A stretch of 64,000 bases of DNA from an uncultured delta proteobacterium (lineage in GTDB: Bacteria; Myxococcota_A; Polyangia; Polyangiales; B10-G4). The position numbers were made by a program, and so were the translations under genes. Below, piece by piece: positions 51,183-60,385 of the stretch. Numbering within the stretch: position 1 is the stretch's first letter; the number at the start of each line of letters is the position of its first letter. The notes below the pieces were generated by a model. It ran no database searches, was not told where the DNA came from, and saw nothing but the letters and a program-made list of their open reading frames with translations. Location of the stretch: assembly GCA_963727445.1 (NCBI GenBank), contig CAVSGI010000001.1:396-64395 (forward strand). The letters run 5' to 3'.

Positions 51183-52805
51183 ATGGCCGAAGCTGACCCC
51201 GCCAAGATCGAGGACGGATGGGTCGGCCAGGTCATCGGTGACCGCTACCGCATCGTCGACACCCTGGGCGAAGGAGCCATGGGCGCGGTTTTCGTCGCCG
51301 AGCATTTGACCCTCCACAAGAAGGTCGCGCTCAAGATCATCCACGCCGAGCACGTGGACGACGAGGAGCTCCGCGCCCGCTTCGCGCGCGAGGCGATGGC
51401 GACGGCGCGCCTCGACCACCCCCACGTCGTGAGCGCGCGCGACTACGGCTCTCTCGACGACGGCAGCATGTACCTGGTGATGGACCTGGTCTCGGGGCAG
51501 ACGCTCCGGGAGCGTCTGGAAACCGGCCCCGCCCTCGCCTGGACCGACGCCGCGGAGATCGCGGCGCAGATCGCCGACGCGCTGATCGCCGCCCACGCCG
51601 AGGGGATCGTTCATCGCGATCTCAAACCCGACAACGTGATGCTCAAGCCCGGCCGCGGCGGCGACCGGGTGAAGGTGCTCGACTTCGGCATCGCGCGGGT
51701 GCCGACCGATGCGGAGACGGCGACCGACGGTGCCGCGCCGGGGACACCGCTCACCCGGCTGGGCCGGGTGATGGGAACCCCTGGTTACATGGCGCCCGAG
51801 CAGGCGATGGGCGACAACGTGGACGCGCGCGCGGACATCTACGCCCTCGGCGTGATCCTCTGGGAGATGGTCGAAGGCCGCCGTCTCTTTTCGGGCGCGG
51901 AGTTCGCGGAGGTCATCGCGCAGCAGCTCACGACCACGCCGCCGCGCCTCGAGAACGTCCCCGAGGAGCTCGCCGCCATGGTCGAGCGCATGCTCGTGAT
52001 CGAGCCGCGGGACCGCGCATCTGAGGTCGCGGAGATCCACGACACGCTCAGGCGCCTCGTCCGGCGGGCGCGGCGAACGCCGCTCGCCAACGCGGAGGTC
52101 GACCGGGCATCGCTGCCCCAGAGGCACTCGACGCCTGCCGCGTTGCCACTCGTCCTCTTGGGCTGTGCGGGGCTCGCGCTCGTCTCCCTGACCTCGATCG
52201 TCTTCGGCGTAGCGCTCTGGCCTGGCGGAGAGGAAGCCGACCCGAACCCGCAGACGGTGGCCGGGCCCGCACCCGAGACGAGCGCGCCGGCTCCCGCGAC
52301 CTCACTGCCCACCGGGCTCTCACCCGAGTCACAGCCGCCACGGGCGAACGTGGCCGAGGCGCGCGACGTCGACGCCGACCCCTGGGACGCGCCTGCGCCC
52401 GAGCCGCTCGGCCGCATCCGCGAAGAGCTCGACCGAGGACGGACGCCGAACGGTCGTGTCGATCGCACCCTCACCGGACTCGCCGCGCGCCATCCCGACG
52501 ACCCGCGACCCTTTCTGCTTCTGGCGCGCGTCTACCTCGCACGCCGCTGGCGCGCCGACGCCATTCGCGAATATCGGCGCGCGTACGAGCGCGACCCGGC
52601 GGCGCGAGGAGACCCGCAGATGCTCGCCGATCTGGTGAACCTGGTCCCGCACAACACCGTGGGTGACGACGCCTGCCGGCTCATCGAGGACGCCTACGGG
52701 GCAACCGCGGTCCCGGCGATCGAGGAGGCGCTCGACGCGCACCGCCTCGATCCCGACGCGGCCGCCCGCTACGTCCTGTTGCGGCAAGCGCTCCGCGGGG
52801 AGTGA
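51183..52805 (+). CDS. Ser/Thr protein kinase with a TM segment and a C-terminal TPR-like domain
   Basis: IGDRYRIVDTLGEGAMGAVFVAEH..VALKII, HRDLKPDNVML, DFGIAR, GTPGYMAPEQ. TM helix ALPLVLLGCAGLALVSLTSIVFGVAL. Helical C-terminus. Confidence 0.95.
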   Translation: MAEADPAKIEDGWVGQVIGDRYRIVDTLGEGAMGAVFVAEHLTLHKKVALKIIHAEHVDDEELRARFAREAMATARLDHPHVVSARDYGSLDDGSMYLVMDLVSGQTLRERLETGPALAWTDAAEIAAQIADALIAAHAEGIVHRDLKPDNVMLKPGRGGDRVKVLDFGIARVPTDAETATDGAAPGTPLTRLGRVMGTPGYMAPEQAMGDNVDARADIYALGVILWEMVEGRRLFSGAEFAEVIAQQLTTTPPRLENVPEELAAMVERMLVIEPRDRASEVAEIHDTLRRLVRRARRTPLANAEVDRASLPQRHSTPAALPLVLLGCAGLALVSLTSIVFGVALWPGGEEADPNPQTVAGPAPETSAPAPATSLPTGLSPESQPPRANVAEARDVDADPWDAPAPEPLGRIREELDRGRTPNGRVDRTLTGLAARHPDDPRPFLLLARVYLARRWRADAIREYRRAYERDPAARGDPQMLADLVNLVPHNTVGDDACRLIEDAYGATAVPAIEEALDAHRLDPDAAARYVLLRQALRGE

Positions 52806-52906
52806 GCGCCCGCCTTGCCACTTTTTTCACTCCTCGCGCCGAGCGCGGTATCCGTCGAGTCGTCCCCCATCGGCGGGCGAGCCGGCGGACGACTGGAGGT
52901 GATGAA

Positions 52907-53596
52907 ATGCGTGCGTTCTGTGGGCTGAGTGCCCTGATCCTTCTCGCGGCCTGCGGCGGGGCCACCACGGCCACCACGGCCAGCACGATGGCCGCGTCCC
53001 CCACCTACGAGTCCAGCCCCCTGGCCTCGGTGGAGGTCGACATCGAAAACGGCGAGCTCCCGGACGGATGGAACGACGCGAGCCGGCCGGCCCCGTGGTC
53101 GGCCGAGCCCGTGGCGACGGGCGACGCGCCGAGCGAGCTGCTGGCCGCCTGGCGTGAGGCCGACAACCGCGAGCAGTGCGCGCCGCTGGCGCCGACGAGC
53201 TACCTCGAGGGCGCGCGCATTCGTCGCGCCGACTACGCCGGCGGCTGGGCCGTCGAATTCGACAAGCAGGGCATGCCGGGGATGACCCGCAACGGACGCG
53301 CCTGCACCGATTGTGGCCGCGGCGCCTACGGCATCGCCGGCACCGCCATCGAGGTCGACGACGAGGATCCGATGGAGGCCGAAGAGCGGACCCTCGCCGA
53401 CGGAAGCCGCGTGCGCTACGAGGTCTCGGTGGACGAAGCCGACAGCGACGACGGCGGTGCAGCGGGGAGCGTCGCGACCCTCAAGATCCGCGGACAGAAC
53501 TGCGTCTACCAGGTCTGGTCCTTCTCGGGCGACGAGCACCTCGAGGGACTGATCGAAGACCTCCGCTTCGTAGGCGAGGACGGAGAAGAGTACTGA
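52907..53596 (+). CDS. Hypothetical lipoprotein (229 aa)
   Basis: GGAGGTGA RBS, then the in-frame ATG at 52907: MRAFCGLSALILLAAC (lipobox). Followed by the only canonical intrinsic terminator in the window. Confidence 0.65.
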   Translation: MRAFCGLSALILLAACGGATTATTASTMAASPTYESSPLASVEVDIENGELPDGWNDASRPAPWSAEPVATGDAPSELLAAWREADNREQCAPLAPTSYLEGARIRRADYAGGWAVEFDKQGMPGMTRNGRACTDCGRGAYGIAGTAIEVDDEDPMEAEERTLADGSRVRYEVSVDEADSDDGGAAGSVATLKIRGQNCVYQVWSFSGDEHLEGLIEDLRFVGEDGEEY

Positions 53597-53626
53597 CGGC
53601 CTCCCCCGAAGCCCGAGCTTTCACGC

Positions 53627-53656
53627 AGCGCCCACCTCGCGGTGGGCGCTTTTTTT
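53627..53656 (+). terminator. Rho-independent terminator
   Basis: AGCGCCCACC-tcgc-GGTGGGCGCT forms a perfect 10-bp GC-rich stem with a 4-nt loop. It is immediately followed by TTTTTT(T), 31 nt after the stop at 53596. Confidence 0.8.
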
Positions 53657-54028
53657 CGTCATGCGAGATCCGGAGGAGATCCTCTCTCCCGCTCCCCCCG
53701 GCTCCTGTAGGCTGCGCTCCCGATGGAACACACGGACGACGCGAGCTCCTGGTTCGGCGCGCGCATCGGCACGCTGCGCTGCGCCGCCGCCGGGCTGTCG
53801 AGCTTCGCGGCGTCCGGGCGCGCGCCATCGGGATGGACTGGAAGAGACCCACCCGCCTCGGCGCATCACCCTCGCCGACGGAAAGGCGCCTTTCTCGTTC
53901 GTCACGTGGTGACGCGTCACGGTGTCTCCCGTGCCACGGTGACACCGGATCGGCGCCCCCCTTCCGACTGAAAACCGCGGCGGCGGCGCCGTGGCACGCG
54001 CATTGCCAGAGCACTCGGATCGAAGCCC

Positions 54029-55294
54029 ATGGCCCGCGCGCGTCCGCACTTTCTCATCCTCGTCGTCCTCCTCGTGGGTGCGTCCGCTCCGGTTCGTGCA
54101 CAGTTGGCCCCGCTCGAGGCGCGGCTCTGCGCCGGCCGGTCACCCTGCCGAGTGCTCGAGGTGCGCGATGCGGGTCGCGATGCTGGAGGACGTGCGCTTC
54201 GTGTTGCGAAGGTCGCGCTCTTCGACGTCGGTCATCCCCGCGCCGACGGGAGCGCAGCGCTCTACCCGGAACCCTGCGCTCCCTTCGAGTGGCATTCGAT
54301 CATCGGAACCGGGGCCGGCGCACGGACGCAGTTGCTCACTCGCATCTGCAACGACGGCTACGGCGCGGCGGGGGTCGGTTTCGACGACGTTCGCGTGGAT
54401 CCAAACCGGGTCTCGGTCTTCGAGACGGGGGGCTCGGCGTGGCGATGGTCCGAGTCCAACCAGGTGTCGATTTCCCCCCCGAGGCTGCTGCGAACCTCCT
54501 CCGAGGGCTACTGGAACATCGGGCCGAATGCGATGGTCGTGACGGTCGACTACGAGCACTTCACGGCGGCGGGGGGCTGGGGGGCACCGGTCTGCGGAGA
54601 GGAGCCATCCGACGGCGTCGCGATCGCGGATCCGACCTACCGCTGGGCGTCGGTGCCGCGCGTCACGCTCGCGCCCAGCGCCACTCGCCGGTTGGAGCGC
54701 GGCGAGATCGACCTGGGCCGCTGTGCACTCTCCATGTCGGGGCAGCGTGGGTGGAGGACGCTGTCCGGCGAGCGGCACTCGGCACTGGACGCGGTTCGAG
54801 CGTTGTGGGTTCGCGGGGGCCCTTTGCTCATCGATGTCGTGGACGACCAGGTGACGCCCGACGACACCGTCGAGCTCTACGTCGCCCGGGATGCGCGCCC
54901 CTCGTATGCCGAGCATTGCGTGGGGCCGCCGAGCGCGCCGCGGAGCCATCGAATTCGTCTACGGGATGGCCGCCTGCTGCCACAGGGAACCGGCGGCCGC
55001 CTGCCCCCGGTGAGACGGATCGTTCGCTTGGATGGAAGCCTGCGCTTCATCGTGCAACTGCCGGCGTCGTCGGCGCTCACCATCGTCCGTGACGATGTCG
55101 ACGGAGAACAGCGGTGGCGGGCCGCGTCGAGCACGCTGAACGAGAACGACGACCGCTCGGTGGGCGACGTGTGGTCCGTGAGGGGCGAGGACCAGGGCTC
55201 GGCCGGGCCGGCATGCTCCGTCACCGGTGACACGCTCGTGCCATCCGTGGAGGTTCCGATCGAAACCGTCAGCACGTCGCGAAGCGAGGAATGA
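54029..55294 (+). CDS. Hypothetical secreted protein (421 aa)
   Basis: Signal peptide MARARPHFLILVVLLVGASAPVRA. Normal composition. No family recognised. Confidence 0.6.
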   Translation: MARARPHFLILVVLLVGASAPVRAQLAPLEARLCAGRSPCRVLEVRDAGRDAGGRALRVAKVALFDVGHPRADGSAALYPEPCAPFEWHSIIGTGAGARTQLLTRICNDGYGAAGVGFDDVRVDPNRVSVFETGGSAWRWSESNQVSISPPRLLRTSSEGYWNIGPNAMVVTVDYEHFTAAGGWGAPVCGEEPSDGVAIADPTYRWASVPRVTLAPSATRRLERGEIDLGRCALSMSGQRGWRTLSGERHSALDAVRALWVRGGPLLIDVVDDQVTPDDTVELYVARDARPSYAEHCVGPPSAPRSHRIRLRDGRLLPQGTGGRLPPVRRIVRLDGSLRFIVQLPASSALTIVRDDVDGEQRWRAASSTLNENDDRSVGDVWSVRGEDQGSAGPACSVTGDTLVPSVEVPIETVSTSRSEE

Positions 55295-55373
55295 CGTGCC
55301 GCCGGCGGTGACGAGGCAGAGACCCAGCGACTTCGAGACAGCCCGACTCATCGTGGGGTCGATCATACCAGCC

Positions 55374-56786
55374 CTACGGGCAGCGGCCGACGCTCACCGA
55401 CCAGCTGAGCTCGTAGCCGTCACAGACCGCCGCCGGAGCGTCCTCGCGGGAGACGACGATGAAGAGCTGCCCCGAGTCATCCCGGGCGAAGCGATCGAGA
55501 TCCAGGGAGATCTCCTCGTCGGTGGTGCCGGGGTTGTTGGAGCACGCCTCGAGCGGGTCGGAGGAGCGTTCGTAGTACGCGCACAGGGAGTAGTCGTCCG
55601 GGAGATTGGCGAGGGTGACCAGCGCGCACATGCCGAGCTCGCGCGAGCTCTCCGTGACGTCGACCCCGACCCAATCCTGGGTGTCGTCCCCGGGGAAATA
55701 GCCGCGGATGGTCGCGCTGCCGACGTCGTCGATGGGCGCGAAGAACTTCGCCTCGTCCCGCGTGTTGCCCAGGTCGTACATGTCGGCCCAGCGGCAGACG
55801 CCCTCGCCGGGCAGGTCGTCGGGCGAGAAGACGGTGTCACGCATGAACTCGTAGGACGCGGTGCGCCAGGACGCGTTGAACTTGGGGTTGGTCGCCCACC
55901 TCGAAGCGTCGTCACTCGATGTCCACGCCGTTCGGTAGTAGTCGACGCCATTGTCGGCGAGCACGCGCTGGCCCGTCCCCGGGCCCGCGTTGAAGAAGAC
56001 CGTCGACCAGAAGAACTGACCGACCGCATCCAGAGCGGCGAACTCGCTGGTGCCGATGGCGATCGCGGCTCGTTCACGAGCCCACGCGAACATCCCGGCG
56101 TTGGCGTAGAGCCCCTGCTCGATGGTCAGGCAGTTCAACGAGCGAACCGTCTCGCCCCGCTCGTTGACGCTGCTGGCGACGCAGGTGCCCGAGTCGACGA
56201 GCTCCACGATGTCGGGAGGCATGAAGGGACGCAGCGCGGCGAAGTTGTCGACGAGCGTGTCCACCCCGAAGAAGGTGAACCCGTCGACGTAGAGATCGCT
56301 TCCCGAGGCCTCCACCTCGTCCCAGGTCGGGATGGACTCGGCCGCGTCCGGATCGGACATCGCGATGGTTCGCTTGAGGCCTTCGAGATCGAGGGCGAAG
56401 TAGCCGCCCTCGGTGATGAAGTTGATGGCCACCGCCACCTCGTCGACCTCGGCCGCCGTGCCGCGGCTCGCGAGCGCTTCGTTCACGAAGGTCGTGACCT
56501 GTGGGAGCGCCGCCCGGAAGCGCTCCTCGCCCCAATTCGAGTCGTTGAAGAAGCCGTTGTAGCGCCGGGGCCGAACACCGTAGCGCGCCTGGATCTCCGC
56601 GGCGGTGATGTCGTAGAGATCGTTCCCCGAGGCATCGGCTTTGCCGTCCGATGCGGGATCGTAGGCCTCGAGACAGGCCGGATCCGTGCACTCGGGAGAG
56701 GTCGCGGGCGTCTCGCCGGCGCAGGCCGTGATCGAGGTGAGACAAGCCAGAAGCAGAGCGTTTCGCACCGAGCGCGAGCGTAACAC
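55374..56786 (-). CDS. Hypothetical lipoprotein with a C-terminal pre-peptidase (PPC)-like domain
   Basis: I prefer the GTG at 56786 (GGGGAGGG upstream), which gives (M)LRSRSVRNALLLACLTSITAC. The C-terminus ..GYFPGDDTQDWVGVDV..LPDDYSLCAYY..DGYELSWSV resembles PPC domains. The track ORF start at 57074 would overlap the divergent gene. Confidence 0.6.
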   Translation of the reverse strand: MLRSRSVRNALLLACLTSITACAGETPATSPECTDPACLEAYDPASDGKADASGNDLYDITAAEIQARYGVRPRRYNGFFNDSNWGEERFRAALPQVTTFVNEALASRGTAAEVDEVAVAINFITEGGYFALDLEGLKRTIAMSDPDAAESIPTWDEVEASGSDLYVDGFTFFGVDTLVDNFAALRPFMPPDIVELVDSGTCVASSVNERGETVRSLNCLTIEQGLYANAGMFAWARERAAIAIGTSEFAALDAVGQFFWSTVFFNAGPGTGQRVLADNGVDYYRTAWTSSDDASRWATNPKFNASWRTASYEFMRDTVFSPDDLPGEGVCRWADMYDLGNTRDEAKFFAPIDDVGSATIRGYFPGDDTQDWVGVDVTESSRELGMCALVTLANLPDDYSLCAYYERSSDPLEACSNNPGTTDEEISLDLDRFARDDSGQLFIVVSREDAPAAVCDGYELSWSVSVGRCP

Positions 56787-56832
56787 GCCCTCCCCGTCCC
56801 GCGCACGCTCCCAGGTGTATCCTCGAGGGGTC

Positions 56833-57885
56833 GTGCGCCCGTTCACCATCGCTCTCTCGGCTCTGGCACTCACGCTCTGCGCGTGCGGAGACGACGGCGC
56901 GACGCCCGACGGCGGCGGGGCTGACGCCGACACCGGAACGACGACCCGCGACGGCGCCGCGGATGGCACGACACCCGACACCGGTGGCGCCGCCGACGCA
57001 GGCCCCACCGGCGACCTGCCGAGCGGGGACATGGGCATCGCTTCTCGCCATCCGGGCGACGAGGGCATCGACACAGACCCCGACGTGATCTTCGCCGACG
57101 ACTTCGAGAGCTACGGTGATGCATCGGAGCTCGGGGGCCGCTGGAACGGCAACACCTTCGGGATCCTCGACATCGTGCGTGACGGGGCCAACGTCTACGC
57201 CGGCAGTCAGGCCCTGCAGATGACCCAGCCTCAGCAGGACGCGGAGCACTCGAACGGCGTCCAGCGTCTGGTCGATCCCGAGCTCGATGTGCTCTTCCTG
57301 CGCTGGTACGCGAAGCTCGCCCCCAGCTTCGACGTGGTGGGCTCGAGCCACAACGGCGCAGGCATCTCCGCTCACTACTTCATGGGATTCATGTCGACGC
57401 CTGGCATTCCGGCGGACGGCACGAACAAGTTCCTGATCGAGTACGAGTGCTGGCGGGGAGAGGCCTCCGATCCGAGCCCGGGGAGCCTCAACGTCTACAT
57501 CTATCACCCCGAGCAGCGCAGCGACTACGGCGACCACTTCTTCCCGAACGGAGACGTTCTACCCAACACCAGCATCCCCGGCGACTTCGGCCCGGACTTC
57601 GTGCCCCGACCGAACGTCACCCCGGAGCTCGACCGCTGGTACGCCTACGAGGTCATGTTGAAGGCGAACACCCCCGGCATGCGTGACGGGCGCATCGCCC
57701 TGTGGCTCGACGGAGAGCTCATCGCCGACTTCCCGAACCTGAGGCTTCGCGACGTCGACACGCTGACGATCGACCGCTTCGGTCTCTCCCTGCACGCGGG
57801 CTCGAATCCTTCGAGCGAGACCTACAAGTGGTACGACAACGTCGTCGCCGCCCACTCGTACATCGGGCCGCTCTACTCGCCCTGA
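56833..57885 (+). CDS. Lipoprotein, possibly a polysaccharide-lyase / concanavalin-like fold enzyme (tentative)
   Basis: The in-frame GTG at 56833 gives (M)RPFTIALSALALTLCAC. The mature part ..VIFADDFESY..RWNGN..GSQALQM..LFLRWYAKL..RWYAYEVMLKANTPG..DGRIALWLDGELIADF..LRD..IDRFGLS.. resembles secreted beta-jelly-roll lyases. The family is not confirmed. Confidence 0.55.
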   Translation: MRPFTIALSALALTLCACGDDGATPDGGGADADTGTTTRDGAADGTTPDTGGAADAGPTGDLPSGDMGIASRHPGDEGIDTDPDVIFADDFESYGDASELGGRWNGNTFGILDIVRDGANVYAGSQALQMTQPQQDAEHSNGVQRLVDPELDVLFLRWYAKLAPSFDVVGSSHNGAGISAHYFMGFMSTPGIPADGTNKFLIEYECWRGEASDPSPGSLNVYIYHPEQRSDYGDHFFPNGDVLPNTSIPGDFGPDFVPRPNVTPELDRWYAYEVMLKANTPGMRDGRIALWLDGELIADFPNLRLRDVDTLTIDRFGLSLHAGSNPSSETYKWYDNVVAAHSYIGPLYSP

Positions 57886-58004
57886 AGACCGACGATCGGA
57901 AAGCGATTCGCGTCGTGGCCGAAGCGGAGCATCCGCGCGGCGCAGTGCTCGGTGGCTCTACGGATTGAACGGCAGCGCGGACTTTCGTCTACACTCGTGA
58001 ACAG

Positions 58005-59183
58005 ATGATCGACGGTTCGCGCCTCGTGCTCCTGGTCCTCCTCTGCGCCGCTTGCGGATCCGGCGCGACCTCCGATGGGGGCCATGACGCCGCCGCCGAC
58101 GCCGCTGACACGCCCGACGCCGACGCTGCGGTGAGCGCGGATGGGGGAGACGGCGGGGACGGGGGTGGAGACGGCGGCGCGTCGGACGGCGGCCTCCCCG
58201 GCGGTCCCTTTCCCGAGGGTGCCCCCTTCGAGACGGCCGAGGAGATCTGGGAGTACGCCGAGGTGGAGGGCGCCGTGTGCGGCAACGGCAGTCCGCTCGG
58301 CGTCGCGGTCAACCGAAGCACGGCCTCGAACGACGTGCTGCTCTTCTTCGCCGGCGGGGGCGCGTGCTGGGACGTCAACACCTGCTTCGTGCTGCGTTCG
58401 GCGGTGCACCTCGACGAGAACGTCGGCGAAGCGGTGGTCCTCGGCGAAGCGCAGGCGAGCGCGCTCCGCGTCTTCCTCGATCGGGACGATCCCGACAACG
58501 CCTTCCCCGACGCGAGCTACGTATACGTTCCGTACTGCACGGGTGACGTCCACGCGGGGACGCGGGTCGCGACCTACGAGGCGCTCGGGATGACGCGCAT
58601 GGTCCACCACGTCGGCGCGACCAACACCGACCTCATCCTCTCGCGCATGCGGGCGACGTGGTCCGAAGCGGAGCGCGTCTGGGTCACCGGGGTGAGCGCG
58701 GGCGGCTACGGGACGACGATGCACTGGTGGCGTGTCGCCGAGGCCTTCCCGGCCGCACGCGTCGACGCGCTCTCCGACTCGGGCCTCCCCATCGCGCCCA
58801 GCGCGGCGCGCATGGCGGAGATGCGCAGCGCGTGGGCGCCCCGCTTTCCTCCGGGATGCGCCGAATGCGAGACCGAGATGGGATTCGCCGGCCTTTTGCC
58901 CCATTACGCCGCGACCCGGCCCGAGGACGCACAATACGGTCTCCTCGCCTACACCCACGACGGTGTCATCGGACTCTACTTCGATCGTGACGGCGCCGCG
59001 GTGGAGCGCGCGCTCGGGGCCCTGCGCACCGCCGCTCCTCCTTCCCAGCGGACCTTCTACGTCGATGGCGTCGACCACGTCCTGTCGCCGATGCCCGCCC
59101 TGACACGCGACGGCGTCTCGATCGCCGACTTCGTCCGTCGATTCGCCACGCGCGATCCGACGTGGGAGCACGTCGGGCCCTGA
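58005..59183 (+). CDS. Lipoprotein, pectin-acetylesterase-family-like alpha/beta hydrolase (tentative)
   Basis: Lipobox LVLLVLLCAAC. LLFFAGGGACWDVNTC, YVYVPYCTGDVHAG and VWVTGVSAGGYG (GxSxG) resemble the PAE/Notum-type esterase blocks. Confidence 0.55.
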   Translation: MIDGSRLVLLVLLCAACGSGATSDGGHDAAADAADTPDADAAVSADGGDGGDGGGDGGASDGGLPGGPFPEGAPFETAEEIWEYAEVEGAVCGNGSPLGVAVNRSTASNDVLLFFAGGGACWDVNTCFVLRSAVHLDENVGEAVVLGEAQASALRVFLDRDDPDNAFPDASYVYVPYCTGDVHAGTRVATYEALGMTRMVHHVGATNTDLILSRMRATWSEAERVWVTGVSAGGYGTTMHWWRVAEAFPAARVDALSDSGLPIAPSAARMAEMRSAWAPRFPPGCAECETEMGFAGLLPHYAATRPEDAQYGLLAYTHDGVIGLYFDRDGAAVERALGALRTAAPPSQRTFYVDGVDHVLSPMPALTRDGVSIADFVRRFATRDPTWEHVGP

Positions 59184-59219
59184 ACGGCCTCTGGGCCCCG
59201 CTTCGAGCGCGAGCTCGGC

Positions 59220-59432
59220 TTGGTGTTGGTCCGTGCGACGCGAGATGGGCTCGCGGTCGACACCCAGGTGCTCGGCGCCCGCTTTCACGAGACGGCGAAC
59301 GCCGAGATCGCGCGCGCCCTGGGTACGTCGGTCAATACGGTACGCAATCAGCTCCGCGGTCTCTTCCGCAAGCTGGGCGCCAGCACCCGCGCCGAGGCCA
59401 TCGCGCTGAGCCTCGGCCACGGCGATCGCTGA
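59220..59432 (+). CDS. Orphan LuxR/GerE-type HTH fragment
   Basis: ..ETANAEIARALGTSVNTVRNQLRGLFRKLGASTRAEAIAL.. matches the LuxR C-terminal HTH. There is no upstream receiver or ligand domain and the start is poor (TTG/GTG). It may be a remnant. Confidence 0.4.
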   Translation: MVLVRATRDGLAVDTQVLGARFHETANAEIARALGTSVNTVRNQLRGLFRKLGASTRAEAIALSLGHGDR

Positions 59433-59494
59433 GCACGCGGGAGGGCTTCGCTGACGCATCCGAGCCAAAACTTAGCCAATTGGAAAAGTTTCTC

Positions 59495-59523
59495 TTGACC
59501 CCGCTCTCGAGGGAATCTAATAG
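59495..59523 (+). promoter_or_regulatory. Candidate sigma70-type promoter of the ArsR-SRPBCC operon (near-leaderless)
   Basis: TTGACC (59495-59500), a 17-nt spacer, then TAATAG (59518-59523), which ends 8 nt before the ATG at 59532. It sits in the only AT-rich patch nearby. It is flanked by the palindromes TTAGCCAATTGG (59472-59483) and TTAGCCATATGGCAAA (59524-59539). Confidence 0.4.
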
Positions 59524-59531
59524 TTAGCCAT

Positions 59532-59873
59532 ATGGCAAACCATGGTACGACGCTCGATGCCGCGTACCACGCGCTCTCGGACGCGACGCGGCGGGCCGTC
59601 ATCGAGAGGTTGGTCGCGGGTCCGGCGACCATCAGTGAGCTGGCAGAGCCGCACGCGATCACCCTGCCGACGTTCATGAAGCACTTTCGGGTGCTCGAGG
59701 ACAGCGGGTTGGTGCGGTCTGAGAAGCGGGGACGCGTTCGCACCTGCTACTTGGAGCCTCTGGCGCTCCGCAGCGCCGAGGCTTGGTTTTCCCAGCAACG
59801 CCGCCGAATGGAGCGGAAGCTCGATCGGCTCGCATCGTTGGCCGAGGAAATGGAAAGGAAGTCGAAGAAATGA
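59532..59873 (+). CDS. ArsR/SmtB-family transcriptional regulator
   Basis: ..YHALSDATRRAVIERLVAGPATISELAEPHAITLPTFMKHFRVLEDSGLVRSEKRGRVRTCYL is the classic ArsR winged HTH. 113 aa. Confidence 0.9.
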   Translation: MANHGTTLDAAYHALSDATRRAVIERLVAGPATISELAEPHAITLPTFMKHFRVLEDSGLVRSEKRGRVRTCYLEPLALRSAEAWFSQQRRRMERKLDRLASLAEEMERKSKK

Positions 59874-60355
59874 GCGTTGTCCACGATACATTCACAATCG
59901 TTCGTGAAATCGCGGCCTGTCGGGAGCACGTCTTCGCGGCTTGGGCCAATCCCGAGCTGAAGCGACGCTGGTTCGTCGACAGCGACGGCCCACAGTGGAC
60001 CGAGCGCGACTACAGGCTCGACTTTCGCGTCGGTGGCAGGGAGACGGGGCGCTTCATACTCACCGAGGGCCCGGGCGCCGGCGAGCACGCCAACGTCACG
60101 CACTACCTGGACATCGTCGACGGCGAGCGCATCGCCTTTGCGTACACCATGGCGATCGATGGTCGCATCCACTCTGCTTCGCTCACGACGGTGACGTTCG
60201 AAGACAAAGGCGGCGGCACGCGCCTCTCGTACACCGAACAGGGCGCGTTTTTCGGGGCGTCCGACGGCGCCCAGATGCGTCGGGGCGGCTGGGTGAAGCT
60301 GCTCGAGGCGCTCGACGGCGTACTGGAAGAGACCAAGGGGCAGATGGGGGCGTGA
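59870..60355 (+). CDS. SRPBCC / AHSA1 (Aha1-like) domain protein
   Basis: The ATG overlaps the ArsR stop (ATGA at 59870). TFTIVREIAACREHVFAAWANPELKRRWF..DFRVGGRE..Y.DIV.GERI.F.Y.M......S..TV.FE..GGGTRL is the typical ArsR-partner SRPBCC pattern. Confidence 0.85.
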   Translation: MSVVHDTFTIVREIAACREHVFAAWANPELKRRWFVDSDGPQWTERDYRLDFRVGGRETGRFILTEGPGAGEHANVTHYLDIVDGERIAFAYTMAIDGRIHSASLTTVTFEDKGGGTRLSYTEQGAFFGASDGAQMRRGGWVKLLEALDGVLEETKGQMGA

Positions 60356-60385
60356 GCGGTCCTCGGATGACCGCTGCCGCCGGAC

